Origin: an uncultured delta proteobacterium
GTDB taxonomy: Bacteria > Myxococcota_A > Polyangia > Polyangiales > B10-G4
Length of the DNA: 64,000 bases
NCBI GenBank assembly: GCA_963727445.1
Contig: CAVSGI010000008.1
Location: forward strand, 64,001 to 128,000
Direction: 5' to 3'
The position numbers and the translations under genes are program-made. A model generated the notes under the pieces. That model saw only the letters and a program-made list of their open reading frames with translations. It made no database searches and was not told the DNA's origin. Each line of letters begins with the position of its first letter. Position 1 is the first letter of the stretch. Shown here piece by piece: positions 36,787 to 49,493 of this stretch.

Positions 36787-39159
36787 ATGAGTCAGCCGAT
36801 TCGGCGTGTTGGTGTCGTTGGCGCCGGCGTCATGGGCAGCGGTATCGCGGCCCACCTCGCGAACGCGGGTATCTCCGTCCTTCTCCTCGACATCGTTCCG
36901 CCCAAGCTCGAGGGTGACGACCGGAAGGACCCGAAGAAACGGAACAGCTTCGCCGACGGCGGGCTTCAGAAAGCCCTGAAGAGCAAGCCGGCCGCGTTCT
37001 TCCACAAAGCGAATGCCCAGCTCGTCTCCACCGGCAACACCGAGGACGACCTCGACGAGCTCGGGGGCTGCGACCTGGTGATCGAAGCGATCATCGAGCG
37101 CCTCGACATCAAGCAGAGCCTCTTCGCGAAGCTCGAGAAGATCCTCCCCGACCACGCGATCGTCGCGTCCAACACCTCGGGCCTGAGGATCCACGACATG
37201 ATGGAAGGGCGCGGCGAGGCCTTCAAGAAGCGCTTCCTGGTGATGCACTTCTTCAACCCGGTCCGCTACATGAAGCTCCTCGAGCTGGTCGCCGGCCCCG
37301 AGACCGATCCCGCCACCATGGAGCGCATCCGTGACTTCGGTGAAAACGAGCTCGGCAAGGGCATCGTCTTCGGCAAGGACACGCCGAACTTCGTCGGTAA
37401 CCGCATCGGCGCCCACTCGATGATGGTGACGATTCACCAGATGCTCGAGGACGGGCTGACGCCGGAGGACGTCGACGGCATCACCGGCAGAGCCATGGCC
37501 CACCCCAAGTCGGCGAGCTTCCGCACCGCGGACCTGGTCGGCCTCGACACCTTCGTCCACGTCGCCGACAACTGCTACGCGGCGCTCGAAGACGACGAGG
37601 ACCGCGCGGTCTTCGAGGTCCCGAGCTTCGTCCGCGGCATGGTCGAAAAGAACCTCCTCGGCAACAAGACCAGGGGCGGCTTCTACAAGAAGGACAAGAG
37701 TGGGATCTCGGTCATCGACTTCGACACCCTCGAGTACCGGCCGAAGGGCGGCGACGAGGAGATCCGGAACGTCACCAAAGCCATCGCCAAGTCCTCCGAC
37801 CCGAGGAAGCGCGTCCGCAAGCTCGTCGCCGACGAGGGCAAAGCGGGACAGTTCGCCTGGAAGGTGCTCAGCCGCTCCCTCGCCTATTCGGCGCGGCGAA
37901 TCGGTGAGATCACCGATTCGATCGTCGCCGTCGATGACGCGATGCGCTGGGGCTACAACTGGGAGCTCGGCCCCTTCGAGACCTGGGACGCCCTCGGCTT
38001 CGTCGAGACCACCGAGCGGATGAAGAAGGACGGCGTCGCCCTACCCGACTCGATCCAGAAGATGGTCGATTCGGGGGCGACGTCCTTCTATACCGAAGAT
38101 GGAAAGGTCTTCGATCTGCTGAAGGGCGAGTACGTCGCGCTCGAGCGCGACCCGCGCAGCGCGCCCCTCGCGGTGGTGCGGAAGGGCGAGAGCGCCGTGC
38201 TCTCGAACGACGGGGCCGAGGCGTGGGATCTCGGCGACGGCGTCCTCGGGCTCACCTTCAAGACCAAGGCGAACAGCCTCGACGACGACGTCATCTCCCT
38301 GATGAACCAGGCGGTGGAGGAAGCCGAGCGCAACTACGAATCGCTCCTCATCTACAACGAGGGCGAGCACTTCTCGGTGGGCGCCAACCTCTTCGCGATC
38401 GTCATGGCCGCGAACAACAAACAGTGGGACCAGCTGAATTCCGTGGTCAAGGCGCTGCAGGACACCACCCAGCGGATGAAGTACTCGAAGATCCCGGTGG
38501 TCGCTGCCCCCTGGGGCATGACCCTCGGCGGCGGTCTCGAGGTGTGCCTGGCTTGCGATGCCGTCCAGGCTTCCGCCGAGACCTACTCTGGCCTGGTCGA
38601 GGTCGGTGTGGGGCTCATCCCCGGCGGCGCCGGCAACATGAACATGTTGTGGCGCGCGCTCGAGGGAGTGCCCGAAGGCGCCCACATGAACACCCTCGAG
38701 CTCGTCACGAACACCTTCAAGAACATCGCGATGGCGAAGGTCGCCACCAGCGCCGTCGAGGCGAAGCACTTCGGCTACTTCCGCCACGGCGACGGCGTGT
38801 CCTTCGACAAGGCGCGCCTGCTGCACGACGCGAAGCAGAAGGCGATCGGGATGGCGCGCTCGGATTACCACCCGCCGATCCCGCGCGCACACGTGCTCCC
38901 CGGGGAGAGCGGCGTCGCGACCCTCGAGATGATGGTGGGCACGCTGGTCGACGGCGGATACGCCACCGAGCACGACGCCTTCATCGCGAAGAAGCTCGCC
39001 CGTGTCCTGTGCGGCGGCGCCAGCGGCGGCTCGCATCCGGTCACCGAGCAGGAGGTCCTCGACCTCGCTCGCGAGGCCTTCGTCAGCCTCTGCGGTGAGC
39101 AGAAGAGCCTCGACCGCATGCAGCACATGCTCATGAACAACAAACCTCTGCGTAATTGA
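36787..39159 (+). CDS. 3-hydroxyacyl-CoA dehydrogenase / enoyl-CoA hydratase (FadN-type)
   Basis: VGAGVMGSGIA, SNTSG, HFFNPVRYMKLLE and C-terminal crotonase GGGLE...GLVEVGVGLIPG. Confidence 0.93.
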   Translation: MSQPIRRVGVVGAGVMGSGIAAHLANAGISVLLLDIVPPKLEGDDRKDPKKRNSFADGGLQKALKSKPAAFFHKANAQLVSTGNTEDDLDELGGCDLVIEAIIERLDIKQSLFAKLEKILPDHAIVASNTSGLRIHDMMEGRGEAFKKRFLVMHFFNPVRYMKLLELVAGPETDPATMERIRDFGENELGKGIVFGKDTPNFVGNRIGAHSMMVTIHQMLEDGLTPEDVDGITGRAMAHPKSASFRTADLVGLDTFVHVADNCYAALEDDEDRAVFEVPSFVRGMVEKNLLGNKTRGGFYKKDKSGISVIDFDTLEYRPKGGDEEIRNVTKAIAKSSDPRKRVRKLVADEGKAGQFAWKVLSRSLAYSARRIGEITDSIVAVDDAMRWGYNWELGPFETWDALGFVETTERMKKDGVALPDSIQKMVDSGATSFYTEDGKVFDLLKGEYVALERDPRSAPLAVVRKGESAVLSNDGAEAWDLGDGVLGLTFKTKANSLDDDVISLMNQAVEEAERNYESLLIYNEGEHFSVGANLFAIVMAANNKQWDQLNSVVKALQDTTQRMKYSKIPVVAAPWGMTLGGGLEVCLACDAVQASAETYSGLVEVGVGLIPGGAGNMNMLWRALEGVPEGAHMNTLELVTNTFKNIAMAKVATSAVEAKHFGYFRHGDGVSFDKARLLHDAKQKAIGMARSDYHPPIPRAHVLPGESGVATLEMMVGTLVDGGYATEHDAFIAKKLARVLCGGASGGSHPVTEQEVLDLAREAFVSLCGEQKSLDRMQHMLMNNKPLRN

Positions 39160-39197
39160 CCCACGCATCCGACGGAATCGAGAGCAGGAGAGAGAAC

Positions 39198-40361
<1,164 letters not shown>

Positions 40362-40375
40362 CCGCGAAACGACGA

Positions 40376-40399
40376 CGCCAGGGCCGAAGGGCCCTGGCG
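40376..40399. terminator. GC-rich hairpin between convergent genes
   Basis: CGCCAGGGCC-GAAG-GGCCCTGGCG, 10-bp stem, no clear U-tract. Confidence 0.55.
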
Positions 40400-40414
40400 A
40401 CTCGATTCCGATCC

Positions 40415-41695
40415 TCAGAGACCGTGAAGGTCGTCGACGGCGACGTACACCTGCGGCGAAGGAACCGCCCAACCGCCACTAACGCCGCCTGGGCTGACGA
40501 TGTTGATGGCCACGCCAGGGGACGAGAGCGTCTCGGGCAGCGGCAGCTCGAAGTCGACCCAGCCGGAGTCGGCCAACTCGCCCACGTCCGCGGTACCCTC
40601 GAGAACCTCGGTGACGGAGTGCACCGGACCGCCGTCGGCGCCGCCCACCTCGGCGGTCACCGTGAGCTCGAAGCGGCCGTAGCTCGCTTCTCCGGCCTCG
40701 CGTGCCCGAGCGCGGAACGCGAGGGTGGAGACCTCTCCCTCGAGGCGCCCGTACAGACCCATCGCGGCGAATCCATCGGAGTACATCACGAGACATCCAG
40801 CTCCGCTCGCGCACTCCATCGCCGGCTCTCCTTCCGCGAGACCCCACGCATCGACATCGGAGGTCTCGGGGGAGTCGAAGTCGATCATCGAAAGCGCCGA
40901 AGGCGAGGCGAAGCGAGACATCTCTTCGCTCGCGGCCGCCGCCTCGTTGCCCGAGAGATCGGCGACCCCCGCCGCGAGCGCGAAGCTGATCGACGCATCG
41001 GGCCACCACCCCGCGGGCTGAAGCTCGACCGCGGTGACGAGGCCGTCGAACGTCGTTTCCATGTCCATCTCGTACTCGGCGCTCACGCTGAGCGCGTCGA
41101 GCACCTCGTCGACCGCCACCGGCTCCGACAGCTCTACGCGCACCGGACTCCACGGAGCGAGCGCTGGCAAGAAGGTCTCGCGGCGAAGCCGGAGCTCCGG
41201 CACCACATCATCGGGCCGGATGGTCCCGTCCGCCTCGAGCGAGCCCATCCACAGCACGTCCCCTTCAGCGACGTTCACGCTCCCGCTCGCGTGATAGTCC
41301 CCCGCAACGCGGACGATACCCTCCTGCACCTCCCCTCGGAGAACGACGCTCGCGAAAGACGCGTCGCCGAGCACAGCCCGTCGATCGGTCGGGATGAGGG
41401 TCAGCTCGGCTCCCTCGAAGGTCCCGCGGTACTCGGCGGGGATGCCGAAGGCAGGCGAGATGTACGCGACGACGGTGCCGTCGTCCTCGAGTGAGAGATC
41501 GAGGCGCGCCTCGAGCCCGCCCAGCGCCGGATCCACATAGGGCGGGTAGCCGCCCCAGTCGAGGTTGCTGGCGTCGATGGCGATCTGATAGCTGGCCGAA
41601 GCCTCTACCAGCTCCTCCGGCGGGACGATGGAATTCGAGCAGCCTGCGAGAGCGACGAGGGCGAGGGCGAAGAGTCCGACGATGATCCGAAGCAT
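40415..41695 (-). CDS. Hypothetical lipoprotein with Ig-like domain
   Basis: Lipobox LAGC; SEPV...GVADLSGN Big-domain-like motif. Confidence 0.7.
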   Translation of the reverse strand: MLRIIVGLFALALVALAGCSNSIVPPEELVEASASYQIAIDASNLDWGGYPPYVDPALGGLEARLDLSLEDDGTVVAYISPAFGIPAEYRGTFEGAELTLIPTDRRAVLGDASFASVVLRGEVQEGIVRVAGDYHASGSVNVAEGDVLWMGSLEADGTIRPDDVVPELRLRRETFLPALAPWSPVRVELSEPVAVDEVLDALSVSAEYEMDMETTFDGLVTAVELQPAGWWPDASISFALAAGVADLSGNEAAAASEEMSRFASPSALSMIDFDSPETSDVDAWGLAEGEPAMECASGAGCLVMYSDGFAAMGLYGRLEGEVSTLAFRARAREAGEASYGRFELTVTAEVGGADGGPVHSVTEVLEGTADVGELADSGWVDFELPLPETLSSPGVAINIVSPGGVSGGWAVPSPQVYVAVDDLHGL

Positions 41696-41823
41696 GACGA
41701 GTGTGTCCTCCTGTGCCTCACTGTGCTGCAAGGTAGGGACCACCCGAAGTGGCACAGATCGACCCATACGATCGTGGCTTTTACTCGGCTATTCCACGGA
41801 CCCCGCCGTGCCAAACTGAGACA

Positions 41824-42600
41824 TCACCCGCGCGCGCTGTCGTCATTCGTCAGCAATGGGAGCGCCATCACGAAGCGGCAGCCGCCCTCGGGCGGGCAGG
41901 CGAGGCTCAAGCTGCCGCCATAATCGATGACGATCTCCCGGCTCAGCCACAACCCGAGGCCCGTCCCTGCGCCGCGGCGTGAGACGAGGGGCGCGAAGAC
42001 GACCTCGTGGAGATCCTCGGCGATGCCTGGCCCGTCATCCTGAACGACGAGCTCCGCTCTACCGTTCGCTTCGCGGGTCGCCACCTCGATGGTGTGGGGA
42101 CGGCTGGCGTCGCGCTGGATCGCGCTCAGCGCATTGGACAGGAGGTTGACGCCCACCTGAACGAGGCGGTGTCGATGGGCGGTGATGGGCGGAACCGGCT
42201 CGAGTCGCTCGATGATGGTCGCAGCATCGCCAATCTGGATGCGCATCAAGCGCAGCGCCCGGCGCGCCACTTCCCTGAGGTCGACCTCCGTCGTGGGCCG
42301 GTCCGCGTCGGAGTAGCCGCGTGCATCTTCGACAAGGAGCGAGACGTGGGCCAGGCTGGCGCGCAGGTCTTCCAGGGATTGGTGAAGGCGACGGCGCAGC
42401 GCTTCGTCATCGCTGCACGCTTTGAGCTCGTTGTCGAGCACCCCGACGGCGAGGAGGGCCGAAGTGATGGGGTTGTTGATCTCGTGACCGAGGGCCGCGG
42501 CCATTCGGCCAAAGCGGATCAACCCTTCCGCACGCTCGAGCGCCCGGCGTAGCTCCTCGGTCTCGTCCGCCCCCATTCGCCGGGCAGAATGCATCTTCAC
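41824..42600 (-). CDS. Cytoplasmic histidine kinase without evident input domain
   Basis: GHEINNPI, NLLSNA, DDGPGI and GTGLGL. Start uncertain (42576-42600). Confidence 0.85.
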   Translation of the reverse strand: MKMHSARRMGADETEELRRALERAEGLIRFGRMAAALGHEINNPITSALLAVGVLDNELKACSDDEALRRRLHQSLEDLRASLAHVSLLVEDARGYSDADRPTTEVDLREVARRALRLMRIQIGDAATIIERLEPVPPITAHRHRLVQVGVNLLSNALSAIQRDASRPHTIEVATREANGRAELVVQDDGPGIAEDLHEVVFAPLVSRRGAGTGLGLWLSREIVIDYGGSLSLACPPEGGCRFVMALPLLTNDDSARG

Positions 42601-42612
42601 CGGGGGTTGTTG

Positions 42613-42630
42613 CCTTGACGATCGTCAAGG
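42613..42630. promoter_or_regulatory. FNR/Crp-type box TTGAC-N4-GTCAA
   Basis: Perfect 18-bp palindrome CCTTGACGATCGTCAAGG between the divergent kinase and Crp/Fnr genes. Confidence 0.7.
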
Positions 42631-42673
42631 AGCACCTACGGGGAACGTGGTTGGCTCCCATCGGAGAGCTCCC

Positions 42674-43318
42674 ATGCCTGAACAAGCTGTTTTCCCGTCG
42701 CTCGGGGGGTTGGTTTCCGGAGAATCCTCGGGGCCGTTCAGGCGTTCGACCAGAGGCCAGTCTGAGCTCGTCTTCCACCGCGGCGATCCGGTGGACAGGG
42801 TCTTCTACATCGAGTCGGGTCAGCTCCTGCTCCTCGTCACGACCGCCGGCGGCGAAGAGCAGGTCTGCTCGCTGCGCGGCGCAGGGTGCCTCATCGGCCT
42901 CGAGGCGTTCCTCGGCCTCCCCGCGCAGTTCGACGTCCGCGTGGTCAATCGAGCGGTGCTCCACGGCGCCGAGGTCGATGCCTTCAAGGCCTGGATGCAC
43001 AAGAGCCCCGAGCGCGTGGACGCGGTCACGTTTAGCCTCGCGCGAGAGGCGGCGCGCCTGGCGACAGAGCGCCAGTTCGTCGCCGGACCGGCGAGCCATC
43101 GATTGGCGCGATTCTTACGCGAGCGCGAGACCAACCCGCTCATCGCCCACTGGCGCAACGCCCCCCTCCACGCCCTCGCGGGCTTCTTGGCGATGCGCCC
43201 CGAGACGCTCTCCCGCGCGATTCGAAGCCTCCACGCCGAAGGCCTGATCGACGACGGTCGCGAGCTGAAGGTGCGAGACCTCGCCGGTCTCGCCGCCAAG
43301 ATCGGCGACCCGACCTGA
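42674..43318 (+). CDS. Crp/Fnr family transcriptional regulator
   Basis: cNMP-domain pattern VFHRGDP..RVFYIESG...LIGLEA; HTH LAMRPETLSRAI. Confidence 0.88.
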   Translation: MPEQAVFPSLGGLVSGESSGPFRRSTRGQSELVFHRGDPVDRVFYIESGQLLLLVTTAGGEEQVCSLRGAGCLIGLEAFLGLPAQFDVRVVNRAVLHGAEVDAFKAWMHKSPERVDAVTFSLAREAARLATERQFVAGPASHRLARFLRERETNPLIAHWRNAPLHALAGFLAMRPETLSRAIRSLHAEGLIDDGRELKVRDLAGLAAKIGDPT

Positions 43319-43331
43319 GCGCCAGCTAATC

Positions 43332-44930
43332 CTAGGGTCGGACGCAGACGTCCGGCCCGGTGCGCGCTTCGCAGACCAGCGTCCCGTTGCAGTGCCGATC
43401 GGGGCTGCAACAGAAGTCGCCCTCGTCGCCGCAGGTGTCGCAGATGCCGCCGATGCAGACCGCGTACGGCGCGGAGCAGAAGTCCGGACCGTCGACCATG
43501 CAGCAGGGCTGACCCGGCCGCCCGCAGGTGCCGCCTTCGCAAGAGCCGCCGCTGCAGGTCCCGGTCCCGAAGCCGCAGGCATCGCCGTCGGCGACGCACA
43601 TGTTGTCGACGCAGCAGGCGCCCGTGTTGCAGGCCTGGCCGGGGCAGCATTGCTCGCCGGCGTCGCCGCAGGCCTCGCAGGTCGCGCCGAACCCGCCCGC
43701 ACAGGCCAAGCCCCCCGCCGTGCAGAAGAGCGAGCCCATGCTCGGACAACACGACTCGCCCGCGCCGCCGCAAGTGAAGGTGGAGCTGGAACAGGAGCCC
43801 ATGTCGCAGCTGGTGGTCATCCCGCACATGTCGCCATCGGCGGTGCAAGTGCCGAAGATGCAGCAGCCGCCCATGCCGCAGGTCGCCGAGCCACAGCACG
43901 GCTCGCCGTCGCCGCCACACGACGTGAGCGATCCGTCGGCGCAGACCATGCCGCTCATGGCCGACGCCTCCTCGCCCTCGGCCAGACAGGTCCCGCCGCT
44001 GCAGCAGTCGCCACCGTTGCAGGTGTCGCCGGGGCAGCACGTCTCCCCGGGATAGCCGCAGGCGACGCAGGCGCCCACGCTCGCGTCGCAGGTGCCCACG
44101 GCGCACGCGGAGCCATCCGCGACGCAGATGTTCGAGGCCGCGTTGCAGCACCCGCCGGTGCAGCTGTCGCCCGGACAGCAGGGCTCTCCCGGGCCACCAC
44201 AGGGCTGACACACGCCAGCGCCGCCGCACACGAGCCCGCCGGTGCAGGTATCCGATGCACAGCACGGCTGTCCTGCGCCGCCGCAGGTGCCGCAGGTGCC
44301 CGAGACGCAGACGGTCGAGGCCGCGGTGCAGCGGTCTCCGGCACAGCACGGCTCCGAGGCGTCGCCGCAGCCGCCGCAGCTTCCGTCCGTGCACGTACCT
44401 CCGACGCCGCCCGGGCAGGTGGAGCCGGCGCCGGTGCATGTGCCGCTCACGCAGCAGCCGCCCGCGGTGCATGTGCCCAGATCGCAACAGGTCTCCCCCG
44501 CGCCGCCGCAGGGGGAGCACACACCGCTGCCATTGCAGGCGTTTTCGGGGTCGCAGCTGTCGCCGGGGCAGCAGGTCTCCCCCGCGCCGCCGCAGCTCGC
44601 GCAGGTGCCCGCGTCGCAATACCCATCGGTGCAACTGCCGTCGGCGCAGCAAGCCTCACCGATGGCCCCACAAGCCGGGGCCGCGTCCATCGCGGCGTCC
44701 GCCGGTGCGCTGTCGCCGACGCTGCTGTCCGCGGGGACCGCGCTGTCGGGAACGTCGGCATCGGGCGTCGCCGAGTCCACGGGAGCAACGCTGGTGTCGG
44801 TCGCGCCGTCGCCGACGGCGCTGTCCGCCGCGCCGTCCGATGTGGCGTCGGGCAGGGTGGTCGACTCTCCGCAGGCACAGACCGTGGCCGACAGGAACAG
44901 AACGAAGAAAAGGGCGTGAAGTGGGCGCAT
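43332..44930 (-). CDS. Cys-rich repeat lipoprotein (CGxxGxxCC repeats)
   Basis: Lipobox-like CACG, Asp/Ala linker, about 12 CGxxGExCC units. Confidence 0.82.
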   Translation of the reverse strand: MRPLHALFFVLFLSATVCACGESTTLPDATSDGAADSAVGDGATDTSVAPVDSATPDADVPDSAVPADSSVGDSAPADAAMDAAPACGAIGEACCADGSCTDGYCDAGTCASCGGAGETCCPGDSCDPENACNGSGVCSPCGGAGETCCDLGTCTAGGCCVSGTCTGAGSTCPGGVGGTCTDGSCGGCGDASEPCCAGDRCTAASTVCVSGTCGTCGGAGQPCCASDTCTGGLVCGGAGVCQPCGGPGEPCCPGDSCTGGCCNAASNICVADGSACAVGTCDASVGACVACGYPGETCCPGDTCNGGDCCSGGTCLAEGEEASAMSGMVCADGSLTSCGGDGEPCCGSATCGMGGCCIFGTCTADGDMCGMTTSCDMGSCSSSTFTCGGAGESCCPSMGSLFCTAGGLACAGGFGATCEACGDAGEQCCPGQACNTGACCVDNMCVADGDACGFGTGTCSGGSCEGGTCGRPGQPCCMVDGPDFCSAPYAVCIGGICDTCGDEGDFCCSPDRHCNGTLVCEARTGPDVCVRP

Positions 44931-45075
44931 CCGACTCTCCTCGGTGCCCAGGGTCGTCGATAGGCGGTGAGCACACAAGAGCACCTGCTTTCTTGAAGTA
45001 GTGTGAAATCCCTTCTGTTCCTCCGCGCGCGGCCTTGCGGGGGCCGGCCCCGAGCCGCAGGTTCGAACGAAGCCC

Positions 45076-46362
45076 GTGCCCCTCTGGTTGCGCATGACGA
45101 TCTTCTTCGGCGTGCTGATCCTCGCCCTCGGCGGGATGAGCTTCTACGTCCATCGGCGGACCACCCAGCTGTTGACGCTGACGCGTCGCGGCCGGTGGGC
45201 GCTGGCCGCGGTCCTGATCGGCGGCGCCGTCGCCACCTTCGCCGGCCGCTTCGCGGGCCAGGCCGAGCTCGCCCTCGTCGGCTTCACCATCGAGCTCGGG
45301 GTGATCATCTCGGTCGCCCTGCTTCTGCCGGTCGAAGCCGCCCGCGCCCTCGCCGCCGCGGGCCGGTGGATACGGGGCAAGATGGGGGGACGGGAGGTGA
45401 GCGCGAGTCCGTCACCTTCTCCGCCACCGTCTCTGTCACCGCCACCGCTTCTGTCACCGTCACCGTCTCCGTCTCCGTCCCCAGCGCCCACCCTCCCCCG
45501 CCGCGACTTCCTCACCCGCGCGGCGACCGGCTCCTGCCTCCTCATCGGTGGGTCGAGCTCCCTCTACGGCTCGCTCCTCGGGCGGCACGACTATCAGATC
45601 GAAGACGTGCCCGTGCGCATCGCGGGGCTCGCGCCGACGCTCGAGGGCTACACCATCGTCCAGCTCTCCGACATTCACTTCGGGAGCTTCGTCGGAGACC
45701 CGGAGCTCGAGGCGGCGGTCGAGCACGTGCGCCTCGCGCGTCCGGACCTGATCGTGATGACCGGCGATCTCCTGGATCACGATGCGGCCTACGCCCCGTT
45801 CCTCGGGCGTCTGGTGCGGCGCGTCGCGCCCCTCGCGCGCGACGGTGTGACCATCATCCCCGGCAATCACGACTACTACGCTGGCGTGACCGAGGTGCTC
45901 GAGACGGCCGAGCGGGCGGGCGCGCGTCTCCTGGTCAACGCGGGCCGCCTCTACGGGGACGGCGGAGGGCACTTCGCCCTCCTCGGCGTCGACGACGTCT
46001 GGACTGCGCGTAACGGTTTCACCGCCCAGGGCGAATCTCAGGTCGGGCGAGGGCCGGACCTCGAACGCGCCATTCGCACCGTCCCCGGCGACGTCCCGCG
46101 CATCCTCCTCTGCCACAACCCCTCCTTCTTCCCCGAGGCGGCCGGCAAGGTCTCGCTCCAGCTCTCGGGTCACACCCACGGCGGCCAGGTCACCCTCGGC
46201 ATCAACCCCGCCGAGTTGGTGCTGCCCCACGGCTACGTCCGCGGCGCCTACCAGCGCGACGGCAGCACGCTGTACGTCAACCGCGGCTTCGGGACCGCCG
46301 GTCCCCCGGCCCGCGTAGGCTCGCCGCCGGAGATCACGCGCGTCATCCTGACCAGCGCCTAG
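45076..46362 (+). CDS. Membrane metallophosphoesterase (YkuE-like)
   Basis: SDIH, TGD, GNHD and SGHTHGGQ; N-terminal TMs; Pro/Ser linker. Confidence 0.92.
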   Translation: MPLWLRMTIFFGVLILALGGMSFYVHRRTTQLLTLTRRGRWALAAVLIGGAVATFAGRFAGQAELALVGFTIELGVIISVALLLPVEAARALAAAGRWIRGKMGGREVSASPSPSPPPSLSPPPLLSPSPSPSPSPAPTLPRRDFLTRAATGSCLLIGGSSSLYGSLLGRHDYQIEDVPVRIAGLAPTLEGYTIVQLSDIHFGSFVGDPELEAAVEHVRLARPDLIVMTGDLLDHDAAYAPFLGRLVRRVAPLARDGVTIIPGNHDYYAGVTEVLETAERAGARLLVNAGRLYGDGGGHFALLGVDDVWTARNGFTAQGESQVGRGPDLERAIRTVPGDVPRILLCHNPSFFPEAAGKVSLQLSGHTHGGQVTLGINPAELVLPHGYVRGAYQRDGSTLYVNRGFGTAGPPARVGSPPEITRVILTSA

Positions 46363-46398
46363 GGCGCAACCGGAACAGGTGCGCTATCGTCGCGGCCC

Positions 46399-46827
46399 AT
46401 GCGCCCCCTCGTCCTCACGCTCGTGCTCGTCGCCCTCGGCGCCGGCTGCAGCAGCGAGCCCTCCGACGACACCCCGACCGGAGCCCTCACGCTCTTTCTC
46501 GAGGCGATGGAGAAGAGCGATTGGGATGCGAGCGCACGTGAGGACGCCTACGCGCTGCTCTCCGCCGATGCGCGTGCCGCCCTCGACCAGCGCGCGGCGC
46601 GCGCCAACGCCCTGAGCCGGCGCGAGTTCGCGCCGTGGGAGATGCTCGCCCAGGGTCGTTTCCGGCTCCGCTTCGCGCCGGCGCAGACGCGAGCCCACGA
46701 AGACGGAGACGAAGCGACGGTGACCGTCCTTGGCCGCCGAGAGGGCGAGCGGGCCGACGTCCCGATGGTCCGGGAGGACGGCCACTGGCGCGTTCACCTC
46801 GTGATCCCGGAGGCTTCGTCGGATTGA
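46399..46827 (+). CDS. Small hypothetical lipoprotein
   Basis: Lipobox GAGC; C-terminal VPMVREDGHWRV. Confidence 0.7.
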   Translation: MRPLVLTLVLVALGAGCSSEPSDDTPTGALTLFLEAMEKSDWDASAREDAYALLSADARAALDQRAARANALSRREFAPWEMLAQGRFRLRFAPAQTRAHEDGDEATVTVLGRREGERADVPMVREDGHWRVHLVIPEASSD

Positions 46828-46861
46828 CGTCGAGGTTGACCCTGAGGGGGCGCGGGATACC

Positions 46862-48000
<1,139 letters not shown>

Positions 48001-48014
48001 CGAAAGAGATCGAA

Positions 48015-49430
48015 ATGGCTGAAAAGACCTACGACGTGATCGTGATCGGCGCCGGCCCCGGCGGCTACGTGGCTGCGATCCGCTGCGCGCAGCTCGGCCT
48101 CAAGACGCTCTGCATCGACAAGGAGTATTTGGGCGGCGTGTGTCTCAACTGGGGCTGCATCCCGTCGAAGGCGCTCATCGCGGCCTCGGGTCTGCTCGAG
48201 AAGATCAAGCACGCCGAGGTCATGGGCCTGATGGCGAAGGACCCGGAGATCGACGTCGCCAAGATGCAGGAGTGGAAGGAGGGCATCGTCAAGAAGCTCA
48301 CCAGCGGCGTCGGCTCGCTCATCAAGGGCAACGGCGGCGAGGTGCTGATGGGCACCGCCAAGCTCGTCGCCAAGGACACCGTCGAGGTTCAGAAGAACGA
48401 AGGCGGCACCGAGACGTATCAAGGCGACCAAGGGCATCATCGTCGCGACCGGCGCCGAGGTCATCCAGATCCCGGGGCTCGACGTGGACGGCGAAGTCGT
48501 GGTGACCGCACGTGAGGCCGTGTCGCTGACCAAGGCGCCGAAGCGCATGGTGCTCGATCGGCGGCGGCGTCATCGGCCTCGAGCTGGGCATGGTCTACCA
48601 GAAGCTCGGCGCGAAGCTGACCATCATCGAGCTGATGGATCAGCTCCTGCCCGGCACCGACAAGGACATGGTGAAGGTCGTCGAGCGCAAGCTGAAGAAG
48701 CGCGGCGCCGAGATCCTGCTCGGGGCGAAGGCCAAAGGCATCGACGTCAAGGGCGGCGTCGCCACCGTCACGGTGGAGCACCAAGGCAAGGAGCGCGGCG
48801 TCGAAGCCGACAACGTCCTGGTCGCCGTCGGCTTCCAGCCGAACTCGGCGAACCTCGGCCTCGAGAACGTCGGCGTGAAGCTCGACGACCGAGGGCACGT
48901 CGTGGTGAACGAGCGCTTCGAGACGAACGTGCCCGGCATCTACGCCATCGGCGACGTCTGCGGCCCGCCCTACCTCGCGCACAAGGCGATCGAAGGAAGG
49001 CGAGATCGCCGCCGAGGTGATCGCGGGCCACAAGGCGGCGCGCGACTGGCTGCGCGCATGCCGGCCGCGATCTTCACCGATCCCGGAGATCGCCACCGTC
49101 GGCATGAGCGAGACCGAGGCGAAGGCCGCCGGCAAGAAGGTCAAGATCGGCAAGTTCCCGTTCTCCATCTCCGGCCGCGCCATGAGCGTCCTCGAGACCG
49201 ACGGCTTCGTGAAGACCATCATCGACGAGGAGGACAACCGCCTCCTGGGCGTCGGCATCGTCGGCCCCGAAGCCAGCGACCTCATCAGCGAGGCGGCGCT
49301 GGCGATCGAGATGTGCGCCTACGCCGAGGACGTCGCGCTCACCGTCCACCCGCACCCGACGCTCGGCGAGGCGGTGATGGAGAGCTTCAAGCACGCGCTC
49401 AAGGAAGCCGTGCACATCATGAATCGTTGA
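48015..49430 (+). CDS. lpdA: Dihydrolipoyl dehydrogenase; several frameshifts
   Basis: IGAGPGGYVAA, GGVCLNWGCIPSK, YAIGDV and HPHPTLGE. Confidence 0.92.
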
Positions 49431-49493
49431 TATCGACCCGCCCGTCCCTCCCCGAGCGGGCGCCCCTCCCCGCTCGCCGGGTTCCTGGCAGGG

